Of a stretch of 64,000 nt of DNA, positions 50,917 through 63,629 are shown one piece after another. Numbering within the stretch: the stretch's first letter is position 1; each line of letters opens with the position of its first letter. The notes under the pieces are model-generated. The model saw only the letters and a list, made by a program, of their open reading frames with translations. It did not search any database and was not told the DNA's origin. A program made the translations under genes and the position numbers. Source of the DNA: Anthoceros angustus (Eukaryota > Plantae > Anthocerotophyta); assembly GCA_010909165.1 (NCBI GenBank), contig MU008204.1:367260-431259 (forward strand), in the 5' to 3' direction.

Positions 50917-51183
50917 AAAGTGTTACAAGACCTCTTGTAACACTTTAGATGTTGCAATCATGTTGCAATTTTGAGAGAGGGCAAAACCACCTCTCACTTC
51001 ATCTTAACATAATTGCAACACCATCGCAACATACGATTGCAACAATGTACCGTGGTATGGTTTCCAAGCCAAAGTGTAACAAGGCCCCAAAGTGTTACAT
51101 GGCCCCAAATTGCAACATGAGTGTTGGCATCCGTGGGTCCAAATCTAACATAAAGTGTAAATATAGGCTGCCGCACTAGTAGG
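50917..51183 (+). mobile_element. CACTA-like right terminus with subterminal TGTAACA/TGCAACA repeats
   Basis: Many tgtaaca/ttgcaaca motifs, a 14-bp inverted pair aaagtgttacaaga/tcttgtaacacttt, and the end ctagtaggg. Homologous to 63440-63629. Confidence 0.6.
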
Positions 51184-51569
51184 GGTAGTTGCGCCGGCGC
51201 CTATAAAAGATAGCGCCGAGAGGTGGTGTCCGAGCCGAAAGTGACTACGAAACCCCGAAGCCGGTCGAGAATGGCCTTCTTTTCGGGCCGAACGCCGGGA
51301 ACTGCTGCGTGAGGGCCCTTCGCCCTGTGAATCATAGTCCCGCATTGCTTAGCTTTTACGCCACAGCGTGCTCAGCCTGTACAGGCATGCCGGGCGCATG
51401 GATTGCACGCCCATAACGGCAACCCCACGGCCCCGGGTCCGCCGGTACCGCGTCTCCCCTCTGGCGACCGGCCCACGGGCGCCTCACAATAAACGCTCCC
51501 GCTCCAGTTACCTTCCGGGCGTGTATCGCGACTTACCCGGTGCAACTGGACTCACCCGCCTACCTCGGT

Positions 51570-51695
51570 GCGGTCCCGAGTCCCCTGCCTACTCCGGAGG
51601 CGGTCCGAGTCCCTATCTACTCAGAGCGGTCCGGGGTCCCCTGCCTACTCGGAAAAGTGTCCGAGTCCCCTGCCTACTCCGGAGTGCGGTCGAGT
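51570..51695 (+). repeat. ~28-bp tandem repeat, about 4 copies
   Basis: ccgagtcccctgcctactccggag(g/t)gcggt. Confidence 0.8.
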
Positions 51696-53830
51696 CTTCA
51701 CCCGTCCGGCTTATTTCTTCTCGCCTTATTTCACCCACACCAACAAAACAAAAAACTAGCTCATTTCCTTTCTAAGGGGAGAGTTTCACCTCCTAGGGGC
51801 ACAAGCCGGTTTGTAGTAGCTTAATTAACGCATGTTGACACGATTCTGCTACATTTTGAGTAAGTCGATCCGTAATTTATGCAAGTAGAAATTCATGTTA
51901 GCCTATTTTCTTTTATCAACAGTTTCCTGGAAATATTCTAAGGGATTCCCACTGAATGACAAAAGAAAAATACATGCCTGTGTCTTTTGTTAGTTCCTGT
52001 TCAGTTTTTCCCTTATCCGCATCTCCAGCCTCTGCACACATGCCACCAAAGACCCAAGACATCTTAGCCATATACAAGTTGGATGTGTCATCTTATCTAC
52101 AGATGTAATAATCAGCTTCACAGGGAATCACGTCAGCCCGCTGCAACCATCTCGAGCACAAGATATTTCAACCCAAGCTTTCTTCTCAAGAACAGTTTGT
52201 GGAGGAGAGGCGTCTATGCGCCATCTGTAGGATGTAAAGGGGAGGACTCCACCAAGAGAGGAGCGCGTCTATCAGCTCCCAAGACATTCAAGATGTGACA
52301 GCCCCATGCCATGGCTATGTCATGTCGTGATACTAATCTCCGCACTTGGGTTTAGTGTTTGTGGCGACTTTTGGTCGACTAGCCAATGGGCCGCACATAC
52401 CGCAAGGTCGTTGTAGTAAGGGGTTCGCTCCACGTGGAATGGACTCGTGCTTATTCTCGCCTCGAGCTCTACAACCTATCGCCTCGAACGGACTTCATCA
52501 TGTTGGGTCCCATGGCTCCACAACCGTAAGTGTGTGGTCCTCCACAACCTGTCGGACCGTATCGCTGCCAACCACCGGACTTCCCACAAACCCCGCCTCG
52601 GGTTTCTCCAAGACCACCGAACAAAGTTTAGCGACGCCTCCGTCTCACGCATTTCCAGCGGCCCATACCCCTCAACTCTATCCGGCCACAACACACACGC
52701 CGCAACGCGACCCTCCTCCCTTATCCATTCTTAGCTAGTAGTCACAACACCAACACGCGATGTATTCACACCAGCCGCTTTGCCCTGCGCCTTCATGCTC
52801 ATGGAGAAGTGGCTTCGCACTGCAACCCCACCTGGCTCCAAGCAGCCTCTGTGGATGGCTTCGCCCAAGCAGTCACCCCAAGCGCCTCCTAATCCCTCCG
52901 CTGACTGCCTCAAGTGAGAAGTGGCTTCGCACCGCAACCCCACAACCTCCGCTCCAAAGCCTCCAAGGTTAGTCTCAGACCCGAGAAATCACCCATGAGC
53001 ACCCCCGAGCTCACAGTCCCACCCCCGGTGCACCCATCAAGCGTCATGGAGCTCGTCACCGTGCAGCCCTCAAACACATCCCTCTACCACTCAATTAATC
53101 GCCTTATGATGCAGAACTCACCCGCCTCGAGTACCAAGGCAAGAGCACACAGAGCGAAGATGGTACCGGTCTGCCCCAGGGCGCCAGGCCTCATACTTCC
53201 CACACCCTAATCTAACCACCTATGTATGTACCCTAACTCGGGTCGTGGTAACCGCCAAGACGTAGCTCATCATTCCACCGGACTTCATCACCACCGCTTC
53301 CCCGCCAGCATCCGCTCTGCATTATGCCATCCGGACTAACCCGCCTGCCAGACCACATCCGGACTAAGCCGCGGACCGACCCATCCAGCGAAGCCGCTCT
53401 ACCGACTTTACTCCGCCGAACGCCGCCGGCCGGGACTCACTGAACGCCGCCGCCGGACTCACCAACGCCACGCCCGGCCACGCCGAACGCCCCGCCACTC
53501 ACGGTCAACGCCGCCACGGACTACTCCATCCCGCACGACCACCCAAAGACCGGACTGCTCAAGCGCCTAACGGACTCAGGTTTAGGGATTGCACTTATGC
53601 TAACTGCCAAAACGGCCTTATTGGCTAACTCCTCCTCTCTCTTAACAAAGAATACCAGTAAAAAACAAACAAGCTTCAAAACAAGTCGCTGTGAGTACCT
53701 GACATCGGATTTGGCACTCCACAGTTGTTTGATTAGAATTAATTAATCTAATTACTTATCTTAAGTAAGGAATTAGTGTTAATTAATCTAAGGTGCCATT
53801 GCCTGATTAGTGTTAATTAAACATGGTTAG

Positions 53831-54043
53831 TAATAGCTAAGTGATAAGCTCAGTTATATGCTTTGGCATATTCCTTGCATATTATAGTGTATTCTTAGGA
53901 TACAATAGCTAAGTGGATAAGCTCAAGTAATATGCTCGCATATTCCTTGCATATTATAGTGTATTCAGGATATACAGCTGGCTGATAAGCTCAAGTAATA
54001 TGCTTTGGCATATTCCTTGCATATTATAGTGTATTCTTAGGAT
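53831..54043. repeat. ~72-bp tandem repeat, 3 copies
   Basis: gataagctcaagtaatatgctttggcatattccttgcatattatagtgtattcttaggata. Confidence 0.9.
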
Positions 54044-55749
54044 ATTTCGCATATGATGCCAATAGGATATCTTAGAATATGCCACGCCGGTGTCTAAAGA
54101 TATATGTAGACCCTTCCATCGAGGAAGCTTCTCGGATCATAGCTTGTCCTCTAGATACGCAATGCGGGTGTTGTGAGGAGGCCAAAGCTATGACCCGAGA
54201 GGCCATGCGTTGTTCCTCGTGGAGAGGTATGTGTGCTATACACGCGAGCTATTCCTTCACAGTTATTGGTTGCACCTATATATCCGCAGATTCGATTTGT
54301 TTGCTTGGTTGTTGGTCCAGGAAGTGCTTATATGAATTCAAGCTGCCACCTCGCAGCAACAAGCAAGGTCACCACATCCGCAGCGCCATCCTCCACCAAG
54401 GCACACAGATGGTCTAAGGACGCGCCCGCGTCCTGTAGGCGCCATCCTCCACTAAGGCGCACAGGTGATCTGAGGGCGCCTCCGCGTTCTGCAGGCGCCA
54501 TCTTCCTCCATAGTTTACAGCAGATTTACACGCGCCGCTCGCGCTGCAAGGGTCGCCAGCAACTTTGGGGTGTTCTTTTTTTTTGTTTTGGTAGCCGCGT
54601 CCCCGCGCGCTGCAGGAGCATGCACACACAACCAGCAAGGAGGACCTACAGATCCGTATCTGTGGGTGGTGTGCGTGATACTGGCAGATCTGCAAACATG
54701 GGTTTTTCACCTCACCGTCCACACTTGGTTGGTTAGCAGGCGGAGAAGGTGGTGCTATAGGTACCAAGGAGCATGGAGCATCTGTCCTACGGCTTTCCCC
54801 CCACAGCAGCGACAATAAGAAGGGAAGAAAGGAGGTATCTCACCTTTCCTGTCTTCTCTAGAGGCATGCCCCAATCTTCTAATTCCTCTTCTCCCTTTTC
54901 GTCATCTGATGAAGACAAGATGATCAAGCTTGTTTTCTGCTGATGGTTTCCTCGTGGACGCTGAGGAGTATGCTGGAGTTTCGGCCTGCGTGAAGACGGA
55001 GTTGTTTGTGCATGATGGGCCTTTGAGGTCAAGTTTTCATTGACAAGGACTCGTAAATCGGCCGCGAGTCCCTCAGAGGCAAGATGCCCTCCCACTGGTC
55101 ACCGGGCGCCCGCACTGCTGCGCTTTCGGCATATGCTTCACTTCTAGGCACCTTCAACCTCGCCATAGCTTTTGCTTGCCCTTGTCAAAATGAAGCAACT
55201 TATAGATGGAGACGGGTTTCCTGTACACCCGTTTTTAGTGGTTGGGGGGGAATATGGCCTTATCCTTTTATTTATTAAGTTTATTGAAGACCATATTTTT
55301 CAGTGATATATTTCTTATGCCATATTTACAGCCCGTTATCAAGGCTAGTTATTTCAACTTTATTATGGAGACAATAACAATGAAATGTATTTTTCAATTC
55401 AAGTTTTCATTTCAACTTTTCAAGCTCCTATTTCTCAATAAGTGGGAGTTCTCCTTAGCTACTTAGCTCATTAGATAGCTAGTTTTTTTTTTTACCCCTA
55501 TTTCATAGTGAGTGGGAGTGATGAAATGCCTTAATTATTAGGGCACTATTCATTAGGGCTCCTATAAATCCATAGAATTAATCATTAATTAATAGGGTTA
55601 GAAGTAGTTGCATTAGTTATTTATGGTTAATTGGTTACAACAACCTATAACCACCTACTTCATATAAACTCAATGTACTTTCTATTATGATAATCAATGT
55701 ATAAGATCCTTTGAGCAAGTCCTCGATTCTCTTCACATGGCCGAATTAG

Positions 55750-56509
55750 CCGAAATGCAAAGCAATGAGAGGCTGAGCACGCCAAGGAGCATCAACGGCC
55801 CGGTGTGAAGTGGCTGAGGTCGCCTTTAGTGGCCCCAAGGGACTCGCCGTATGCCGACCGGATGATCTCGCCACGGAATCCAAGACATCAAAAGGTGCGC
55901 ACGCCCACCTGAGAACCTTTGAGGCGTATGTGTGCCCGTGCCCATGTGGAGGAGGCCATCCAGCAGGTTGACTCCGACTTCGCACATTATCATGCGGAGC
56001 TCCTGAAGGCGGTGGAGGCAGCCCATCACGCAGGGCAAATCGAAGGACCGCCGGAGGAATCAGAAGGAGTGGAGAGGGACGAGGGCCTGGGGGATAGCAC
56101 AGCCACGGGAACCCTGGGCGCACTGTTCGGAGACGAGAGCAGCAACGGAGAAGGGGGGCAACCGGATGAGGGGGATACGGCGGAAACAACTGGACAAGAG
56201 GTAAGTCCGTCGTACCCAACAGCAGAAGAAGGAGAGAGGGTCCCCGAACAGGCCATGGAAGGAGAAGTCCAAGGGGTGAGGGATCCGGTGCAAGAGGGGG
56301 GTCCGGTGGGTGAAGACAGACCCTTGAGAAATGCTCCGGACTCGGATGTCCGGGAACCCGCGAGGCCGACCAAGTCCTGGACTGGAAGCGAGGTGCACCT
56401 CAAGTCCGGACTAAGCGGTAGGCCGACCCTAAAGTCCGGACTCCGGAAGCGAGGCCGACTCAAGTCCGGACTCGAAGTGTGGAACGCAAAGTTTGGGCAA
56501 CTAGCTTAA
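55750..56509 (+). pseudogene. Fragment of the retroelement accessory ORF also encoded in the long LTRs
   Basis: AHVEEAIQQVDSDFAHYHAELLKA matches the frameshifted sequence at ~35160 and ~44905; followed by the same AGTCCGGACT repeats. Confidence 0.75.
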
Positions 56510-56689
56510 ATGAGTTCGCTTTGAAACAGCCCACACTTTGCTAGAAATGGTTTGGTGAAGACATGCAAGGAAATTTTTGCTCCTTTTGAGCGGGAGTTGT
56601 AGGACCATGTCGGAAGGAGAGGATATGTGGAAAAGAAACGGGTCAAAACGACCTCCTGGTGAGGAGAAAAGGTAACCTACATGAGTGGT

Positions 56690-56910
56690 AGGAGGTGTCC
56701 TACCACCGTAGGAGAAACTCCTACCATGGTAGACGAGGGTAGGAGAGATCCTACCACCGTAGGAGGATGACCCCGCTAGTGTTTTGATCACCTAGTAGGA
56801 ATAGCTCCTACCATGGTAGGAGAGGGTAGGGTATCCCACCGCCAGAGAACCTCACCGTGGTAGGAGAAAGGGAAAACGCCTACCATGGTAGGATGTCCTA
56901 CCACGGTAGG
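56690..56910. repeat. Cluster of palindromic CCTACC-NN-GGTAGG 14-mers
   Basis: About 7 exact or near copies (e.g. 56699, 56720, 56750, 56807, 56879, 56897); more at ~58700-58850, 60147 and 62960-63170. Confidence 0.85.
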
Positions 56911-57720
56911 AGATAGGTTTCTAAGGAAAGTAGCTTATGTTTTAGGCAGGATAGGCTTGCTATATATAGAGTCTTTTAGTGGACTAGATAAATAGGCCAA
57001 AATAGGTAATTAAGAAATTAGAGGCTAATTTTCAGTAATTAGAAATTAGAAAAATAGGGAAATGGTATTTTAGTATAAGGAAATTAGGAAACTAACATCA
57101 ATGTGAGAGGGCCACGTGGCACACATCCAAGGGCAGGATAGAATGGTAGTTACTTTTCTAACCCTTGGGTGACTTATAAAAGTGGGCAGTGCCCGCAGGA
57201 GGCCACAACTGTAAAACTTGAGGAGACTACCACACAGAAGGCGCCACACCTCAAGCTTCCCAAGGCCCCCATACAGCAACGCCGTACACGCGCCTGTGTT
57301 GAGGAGGAGAAGGAGGGCGCAAGCAAAGGAGGCAAATCCGCCAGCGCCCAAGAGAGGAAGAAGGAGGAAAAGAGGAAGAAGAGAAGGGAGAAGAAGGTTG
57401 GGCGCAACCCAACACTTGCCAAGCTCGTGAGGGTGCCTAGGAGGTGGAGCGTGGCAAGATTGCTAGGAAACCGTGCAAGGAAGGGCTCCTAAATTGGCAA
57501 GGTGTAAGAGTCCGGGGAATTTTGGTGAGCTTTCAGGAGAAATCGGGTTTTGAGGACGCCAAGGTGTAAGGACTGCAGGAGGAGAGCAAGGGCAAGGACC
57601 TTTGAGCTGTGAGCAAGAGCAAATCACGAGGAGGAGAAACGCAAGGATAAGAAGTCGGCGTGCAGGAATTGCAGTGAGAGGCATCACTTTTCTTCAATTT
57701 CGTGACTAACCAAGGAGGCC

Positions 57721-60400
57721 ATGACCAAGCCTACCATGACCAAGGGCAAGGAGGTAGCTAAGGAAGGAGCGTCCACCAAGGAGGTGGCGCAGGAGCGCAA
57801 GAGGTCTAAGGGAGGATCGACCGGAGGGTGGAAATTTGACATGCCCTTATTTACGTGCTATGCAGGCCATCCTCTAGAGACCTTTCAGACTTTCGACCTT
57901 GGGCAGCAGAGGAGAATATTCAGAGGGTGTATGGGACATTGGTCTTACACCAACCTTGAATTGATAGAGGAGTGTTTTGCTAATTTGCAGAGAAGAGGAA
58001 TTGGCCGCCTTACCGGATAGAACGCACGGACGGATCCACTGTTGGATAAGGAGCATACGCGTATATGGCGTGCGGATAGCGAGGATAGCGGAATCACGTT
58101 GATGGAAGGAACGAGTGGAGGCAAGCGTGCATCAACGGCGGATCTTCCCAAGGGAGCCCTTACTTATGCAAGGGGCATGAAGGCTAAGTCCAAGAATTGG
58201 ACGGACCAAATCTTGGAGCCCAAGTGGAGATTGTTCACAAGAATTGTTTTGGGCTTGGTGAGCAATCCAAGGGTGTCATATTTCAGACTACCTTCCTCCA
58301 TTTTCTATGGAAGATCACTCAAGGAGCGAAGCCGGATTGGGGCTCATCATGTATGAAGCATACACCTACCACCGGAAAAGTTTGAAACCCAACGCGTTGA
58401 TGAAGATGCCCAAGGCCATGCTATCTTAGCACTTATCTAGTGCATTTGTGGGAAGTAGAGGCTACTCACAAGTAAGGAGTTGGATGATTCCAAGCATCCC
58501 TTTAACATTGTGTACTTACATGTGAGAGGGACAAGGAGTGCTTGGTGCTAAAGGAGGTGCCAGACCACCGGACATTATTGCCGGAAGGAATCCTCCAAAA
58601 GATAGGCCGAGGATGCGGGAGGACTTGCAAGGAGAAGTTGTAGGGGATTTGAAGTTTGGACCGCTGGAAGGATGCGGAGATGGAAGGTAGGATAGATCCT
58701 ACCATGGGTGAATCCCGCCCGCGAGGGTGGGAGGTGTTCCACGTGGTTTGGGACCCCTTCGTCCCTCCTCATGACAAGGCCTACAGTGGCAGGAATTAGT
58801 CCTACCACGGTAGGGAAGTAGTCCCACTAGAGCACCTCCTACCACGGAGGGAAAGGAAGTCACGGTTTGGAAGCTCCCAAGGGAGATAAGAAGGCAACCC
58901 CTGCTAGGTGGGCGAGCGGATGGAGTCACGGGAGGAGTTGCCCCACCAAGTGATGAGCGGGAGCTCATCATAGGGAAGCAAGGGATGTAAGATCCCATGA
59001 GCAAGGCAAAGGCCTTGAGTCTCCCGAGGTAAGAAAGGAGACTTAGACATGTTGGAGGAGATGCTGCGCAGGGAGATGTTCAAGAAGGTAGATGTAGGAG
59101 CCGCCAAGAGGAGAGTTGAATTCTTGAAGACGGAGGGAGAAGACAAGGACCTACCAAGCAAGGGAAATTGTGTAGGCGAGCGGAAACCCATGTGGAGGAT
59201 GTTATGAGGATGGAAGCTCAAGTGGAGCACTTGGAAAAGAGTCTTGAAACAAGGCACAGGAGGCAAACAATCATATTCGGAGAACAAGGCTCTTACCAAG
59301 CAATTGGCAGCTCGAGAGGAGAAGGTGGAGCAACTTGCTCACATGGTGCACATGGGAAAAGAAGGCGGAAGACAAGCAAGTGCTGCTAATGGAGGAAAGG
59401 TCAAGACGAGAGCAATCGCAAAGAAATGAGGGCAAAGACACAAGTAGGCACATGAGCGGTCATAGCCACACAGCCGTGAAGATTAGTGACATGGAAAAGG
59501 AGCTGGGAGAAATGGAGGCTGGAATTGAAGGAAGAAGAGCTGGAAGAACGGACACATTTTGTCCAAAGATTGGAAATGGAACGAGAAGTCCAAAGAACGG
59601 AGAATGCACAACTCCCTAGGAGGATAGGGGAGTTGGAGGAAGAAATGGCAAAGGAGAAAGGCCATGAGGCGTGGTGCAAAGATATGTTGGCGGTGAGGGA
59701 GGTAGATTTCGGGCCGATTATGCCCTACAAGAGATTGATCCGCCAACCGCAATGAGAGGACGGAGAATGTGGCTCTCGTCAAGACCGGTGAGCTGGCCTT
59801 GAGCGAGATGCTTACAAAAGCAAGTGTGAGCATGGAGTATGGCTTGAGGATTACGAAGAATTGGAGATGGCACAACAACGATTTGCAGCCCATCTTCACA
59901 ACAAGGTGCTCAAGGCCACTAACGAGTTGTTGCGCCGAGAGGAGGATGTTGGGACCTCATGACGATGATAGGGAGGCCCTCATGCAAGTCCAACCGGAAG
60001 CCTTGGAGAGTGTCCCAAGCAAGGGTGGAGAAACTCGCACTGTGAGAAGCGAAGCGAAGGGAGAAATCACAGGGTGGAGAGAATCACCTGTGAAGGGGTG
60101 AGGAAGAAGAAACGACCCACTGTAGGGACTTACAGTAGGAGAAGGTCCTACCATGGTAGGAGGGCCGGAAGAAGCCGATTCAAAGGTCGCTAGCATGGAT
60201 TTGACGGTGGGAGGCGAGTACCTTGGCCCTTGCGAAAGAAGGAAGAGGGGTTGATCTTGCAAATGGAGCAAGAATCACAAGGAGAAGACCAACCTCCCAA
60301 CATGGTGCAGAGAAGGAGCTCACTTGCTCCACAAGTGAGAGGAAGAGGAGAAGTGAGGATGAGCTGGCTAAGAGAGCCCGGCTATTTTATTGGAGGAAGG
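57721..60400 (+). pseudogene. Retroelement additional ORF(s): Athila-ORF1/'plant transposon protein'-like domain followed by a coiled-coil region
   Basis: YTNLELIEECFANL...FLHFLWKITQGAKPDWG resembles the LVxEFYAN...LxxIxxGxxIxWG pattern; then KKGDLDMLEEMLRREMFKKVDVGAAKRRVEFLK and E/K-rich heptads; frameshifted. Confidence 0.5.
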
Positions 60401-60510
60401 AACTCAAGATAGGCATCAAGATAAGGAAGGGATTCATAAGAAGTCCTTAAATTAGCTTGAAGACATGGGGCAAGATGCCACTTGGGAAGACTTTTCTTTA
60501 GAGGAGGACA

Positions 60511-61575
60511 GTATTAATGCTTGTCACCAAGAGAGTGTGTTGACTAGCTAGATAGAATGTTGACAGAGCCATTAAGGCTCACATAGGTGAATTTGCTAGA
60601 ATAGAATTTTACCCAAGATGCTTGGATGTCGAACTTAAAGTCAATAGGATACACTAAAATAAGGAGGAGGCAAAGGCTGAGGGCGCTGTGGGAGGCTGAT
60701 GTGAGGACCTCCTATAAAAGGAGGGAGCTTGTGAAGTAAAATTATCGTGTCTTGCGCTCCCATCCTCCCGAGTCCTTCACTTTGTGCTGAATTTCGTGGC
60801 CGCAAGCCAACGCAGGTCCGGTAGAGAGGAGAACGGGCCGGAGGCCGGGTGGAGGGCTTGCTCTTTGCAGCGCCCGCTAGCCGCCCCTTGTGAATGGTTG
60901 TTGTGTGAATTGTTTTGCTTTGAGTGTGGCGATGCTCAAGGAACTCTCGGCTTGAGGGTAGACTGCAGGAAAGACTGAGGTTCTCGAGTCTGCACAAACC
61001 ACATAGCAACCGCCCAAGGAAGAACTCGCACTTCTGAAACCTCAGCCAGCGAGTTGGAATTAATGAGCCAATTGGTGTTAGAGTAGGAGATTGTGGAGGA
61101 AGGAAGGGTAGATGAGTAGAGAAGAAGAGGGCGTTGTTGATTGAGAGAGTTGTGAGGAGGATTAGAGTGTAGGAAAACTAAGGCCAGCAGCCTAAGGGAC
61201 GAATCCCAACTGCAAGTAAGAGGGCGCTCCGTGTGGAGAAGAGTGTCTTAGGAGTAGGGACGGTTGTGTGGGTCAGGGGTCCCTGGCGCCGTGATAGACA
61301 CCTTGTCATAAGACGAACCCGAATTGTGTGGTGTCGCTGTAGGTTGAGGTTTGGTGAGTTTACGGCAAGACGGGCGCGAGCCGTAGAGGGAGCGTGAGAG
61401 GGCGCCTTGCTTGTTTAGAAGGTCGAGGTAGTGTGTAGTGCAGTAGTGACGGATTTCTCAAGATCCGACTGCCTCAAGTCTCATGGGATGAAACCCAACG
61501 ACGTAAACGACAAGGGGATAAGTGTGGCCGCCGAGGGTGCATCTCGGAAGCCCGGGATCTCGCCTCCCCACATCA
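60511..61575 (+). repeat. Possible LTR of the 57-60 kb element
   Basis: Preceded by purine run agaggaggacag; TATA-like ctataaaaggaggg at ~60711; ends near ...cacatCA. No partner copy seen. Confidence 0.35.
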
Positions 61576-61619
61576 CCATGAGTTTGGCTCACGGTAGTCA
61601 CATTTACCGCCTTTCTGGA

Positions 61620-63200
61620 CTGCCATTCTATCTTGCTTGGGTCGCTTTTAACCTGCTCTTTTTCCGGATGTCCCTTCGACTTCCTAACAATATCCTACAA
61701 CCCAGCCTTCAAGGTTCTCGTAAAATTTTCGCATGCTCCTCTTCAATTGTTTTTAGCCAAAAAATCAAACTTGTTTGTTTTGCTCGGCTCTTTTGACCGC
61801 TTGCCCAAACTTTATGCTCCATGCATGGCGCTTAACTCCGGAGTTTTACTTTGGTATCCAACACACCAAATTACCATATGCACCATCTTGCAAAATAAAT
61901 TGTACCGATCCTGTTGAGATCCTCACCAAGCTCCTTACCAACATTTCTCCTTGCGAACTCCTCCACCAACTTCGCTTTGCCCACCTTGCCCACCCTTCCT
62001 CGGCCACCACAACGGCCTCCTTCACGTCCACTTGCAGCCCTCACCGCAAATTCCGCCTTCATGACGTACACCCCTTTGCGATTCCTTCACCATGTTACAG
62101 CCCATCCGCACATCGCTTCTCCCTGTGGCTGTGCCACACCTCCATCTTGCAAATGACTAGCATTTGGTGCACCATAACTTCAGCTCTCTTCCCAGTCTTT
62201 TTCATCCTTTGCCTTGAAGGAGTTGACCCTCTTGCAATACATGCTTGGCACTCTCCAATTCCCCTTCCTTCACTCCCAAAATTCGGCGGAGATGTCTTGA
62301 TTCCCTTTCCAAATCACGGACCCTCAAAGCTTGGTCGGCCATTACCTTCTCATGTGCCTCAACACGCTCTTGTGCCACCTTTGCTTGCTACTGTGCTTGA
62401 GCTTGCTTCCTCTCTTCTTCCTTCAGCAGCCTGTGATTATGCTCCGCCCTCTTCTCCCATGTATCCTTCAAATGGGCGACTTGCTTGACTTGTGCTTCAC
62501 GGCCACCGCTTGGTCAAAACCTGTTCTCCCTCATGCGGTCGAACACTTCACGACTGCTTGGTTTTCCGGGTTTCCACCTTGGACTCCATCTCCATAGCTT
62601 CTTCCTGTAGTTGAGATTCCACTCGCCTATCCGCAACTTCCGTGCTTGGTATGTGCTTGTCTTCTCCGCCTCCATCTTCAAGAAGCCGACCCTTCTCCTG
62701 GCCGCTTCCATATCGATCTTGCTGAACATTTCCCCTATGCGCAGCATCTCCTCCAAAGAACCCAAATCTCCTTCTTTGCTCACAGGTGCTATAAGGCCTT
62801 TGCCTTTCTCCTGGGATCTTACATCCCTCACTTCCTCATGACGAGCCCTTGCCTGTTTGATGGGTAGCTTTTCCACCGTGGCTCCATCCGCCGCACCTCC
62901 TGGTTGCCTTCTCACCTCCTGCCTAGGAGCCTCCAAACCATGTCCTCCCCTTTCTCCTAGCGTGGTAGGAGTTGCTCCTACCTCCGTAGGTCAGTGTCCT
63001 ACCGTGGTAGGTCTTCCTCCTACCACCGCGGGGTTGTCTCTCACCACGGTAGGACTACCTCTACCACCGAGGGTTCCCTTATGAAGGAGCGGGTTGGGTC
63101 CCATACCACTGGGGCACACCTACCCTCAGTGTGACTCCCACCGTGGTAGGAGTTGTTCTATCATAGTAGGCACCTATCCTCCTTCCATCTCATCGCCTCC
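61620..63200 (-). pseudogene. Inverted, diverged copy of the accessory coiled-coil ORF region
   Basis: SKEGDLGSLEEMLRIGEMFSKIDMEAARRRVGFLKMEAEK aligns with ~59030-59140 (+); same CCTACC..GGTAGG repeats upstream. Confidence 0.7.
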
Positions 63201-63439
63201 GCCCAAATCTCGAGCCTATCCGCGCTTCCTCATGTGTCTCCCAGGAGCTCCTTCCACGCCTCGTACCTTGCCCTTGTTCTCACCACATGGTCCTTACACC
63301 TTGGCTCCTCAAACCCCAACTCCTCCCGCTTGCAAAGGTAATCTACACCTCCTTACACTTGTGGCAGCAATTTGGAAGCTCTCCTCCACGTTTTCCTTTC
63401 GCCCGCCACGCCCACCCTCCCAGAGAAAGAGGCTAGATA

Positions 63440-63629
63440 CCACCTCTCACTACATTGCAACAAAATTGCAATAAGATCAGAATACCCATCAGAATAAGAT
63501 GGAGGGTTGGTTTCCAACCTGTGTTACAAGGGGCCCAAAAGTGTAACAAGACCCCAAGATTTTAACATAATTGCAACAAGGGGGTTCAAATCTTAACAAA
63601 AGTGTAACATAGGCCCCTTTCTAGTAGAG
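63440..63629 (+). mobile_element. CACTA-like right terminus, second copy
   Basis: accacctctcact...taacataattgcaaca...aaagtgtaacatagg...ctagtagag, similar to 50985-51183. Confidence 0.6.

Noticed and set aside
53576-53590. Telomere-like GGGTTTAGGG (also ~4876 and ~6532)
   Set aside because: Only 1-2 units; not an interstitial telomeric array, and a telo-box function cannot be supported.
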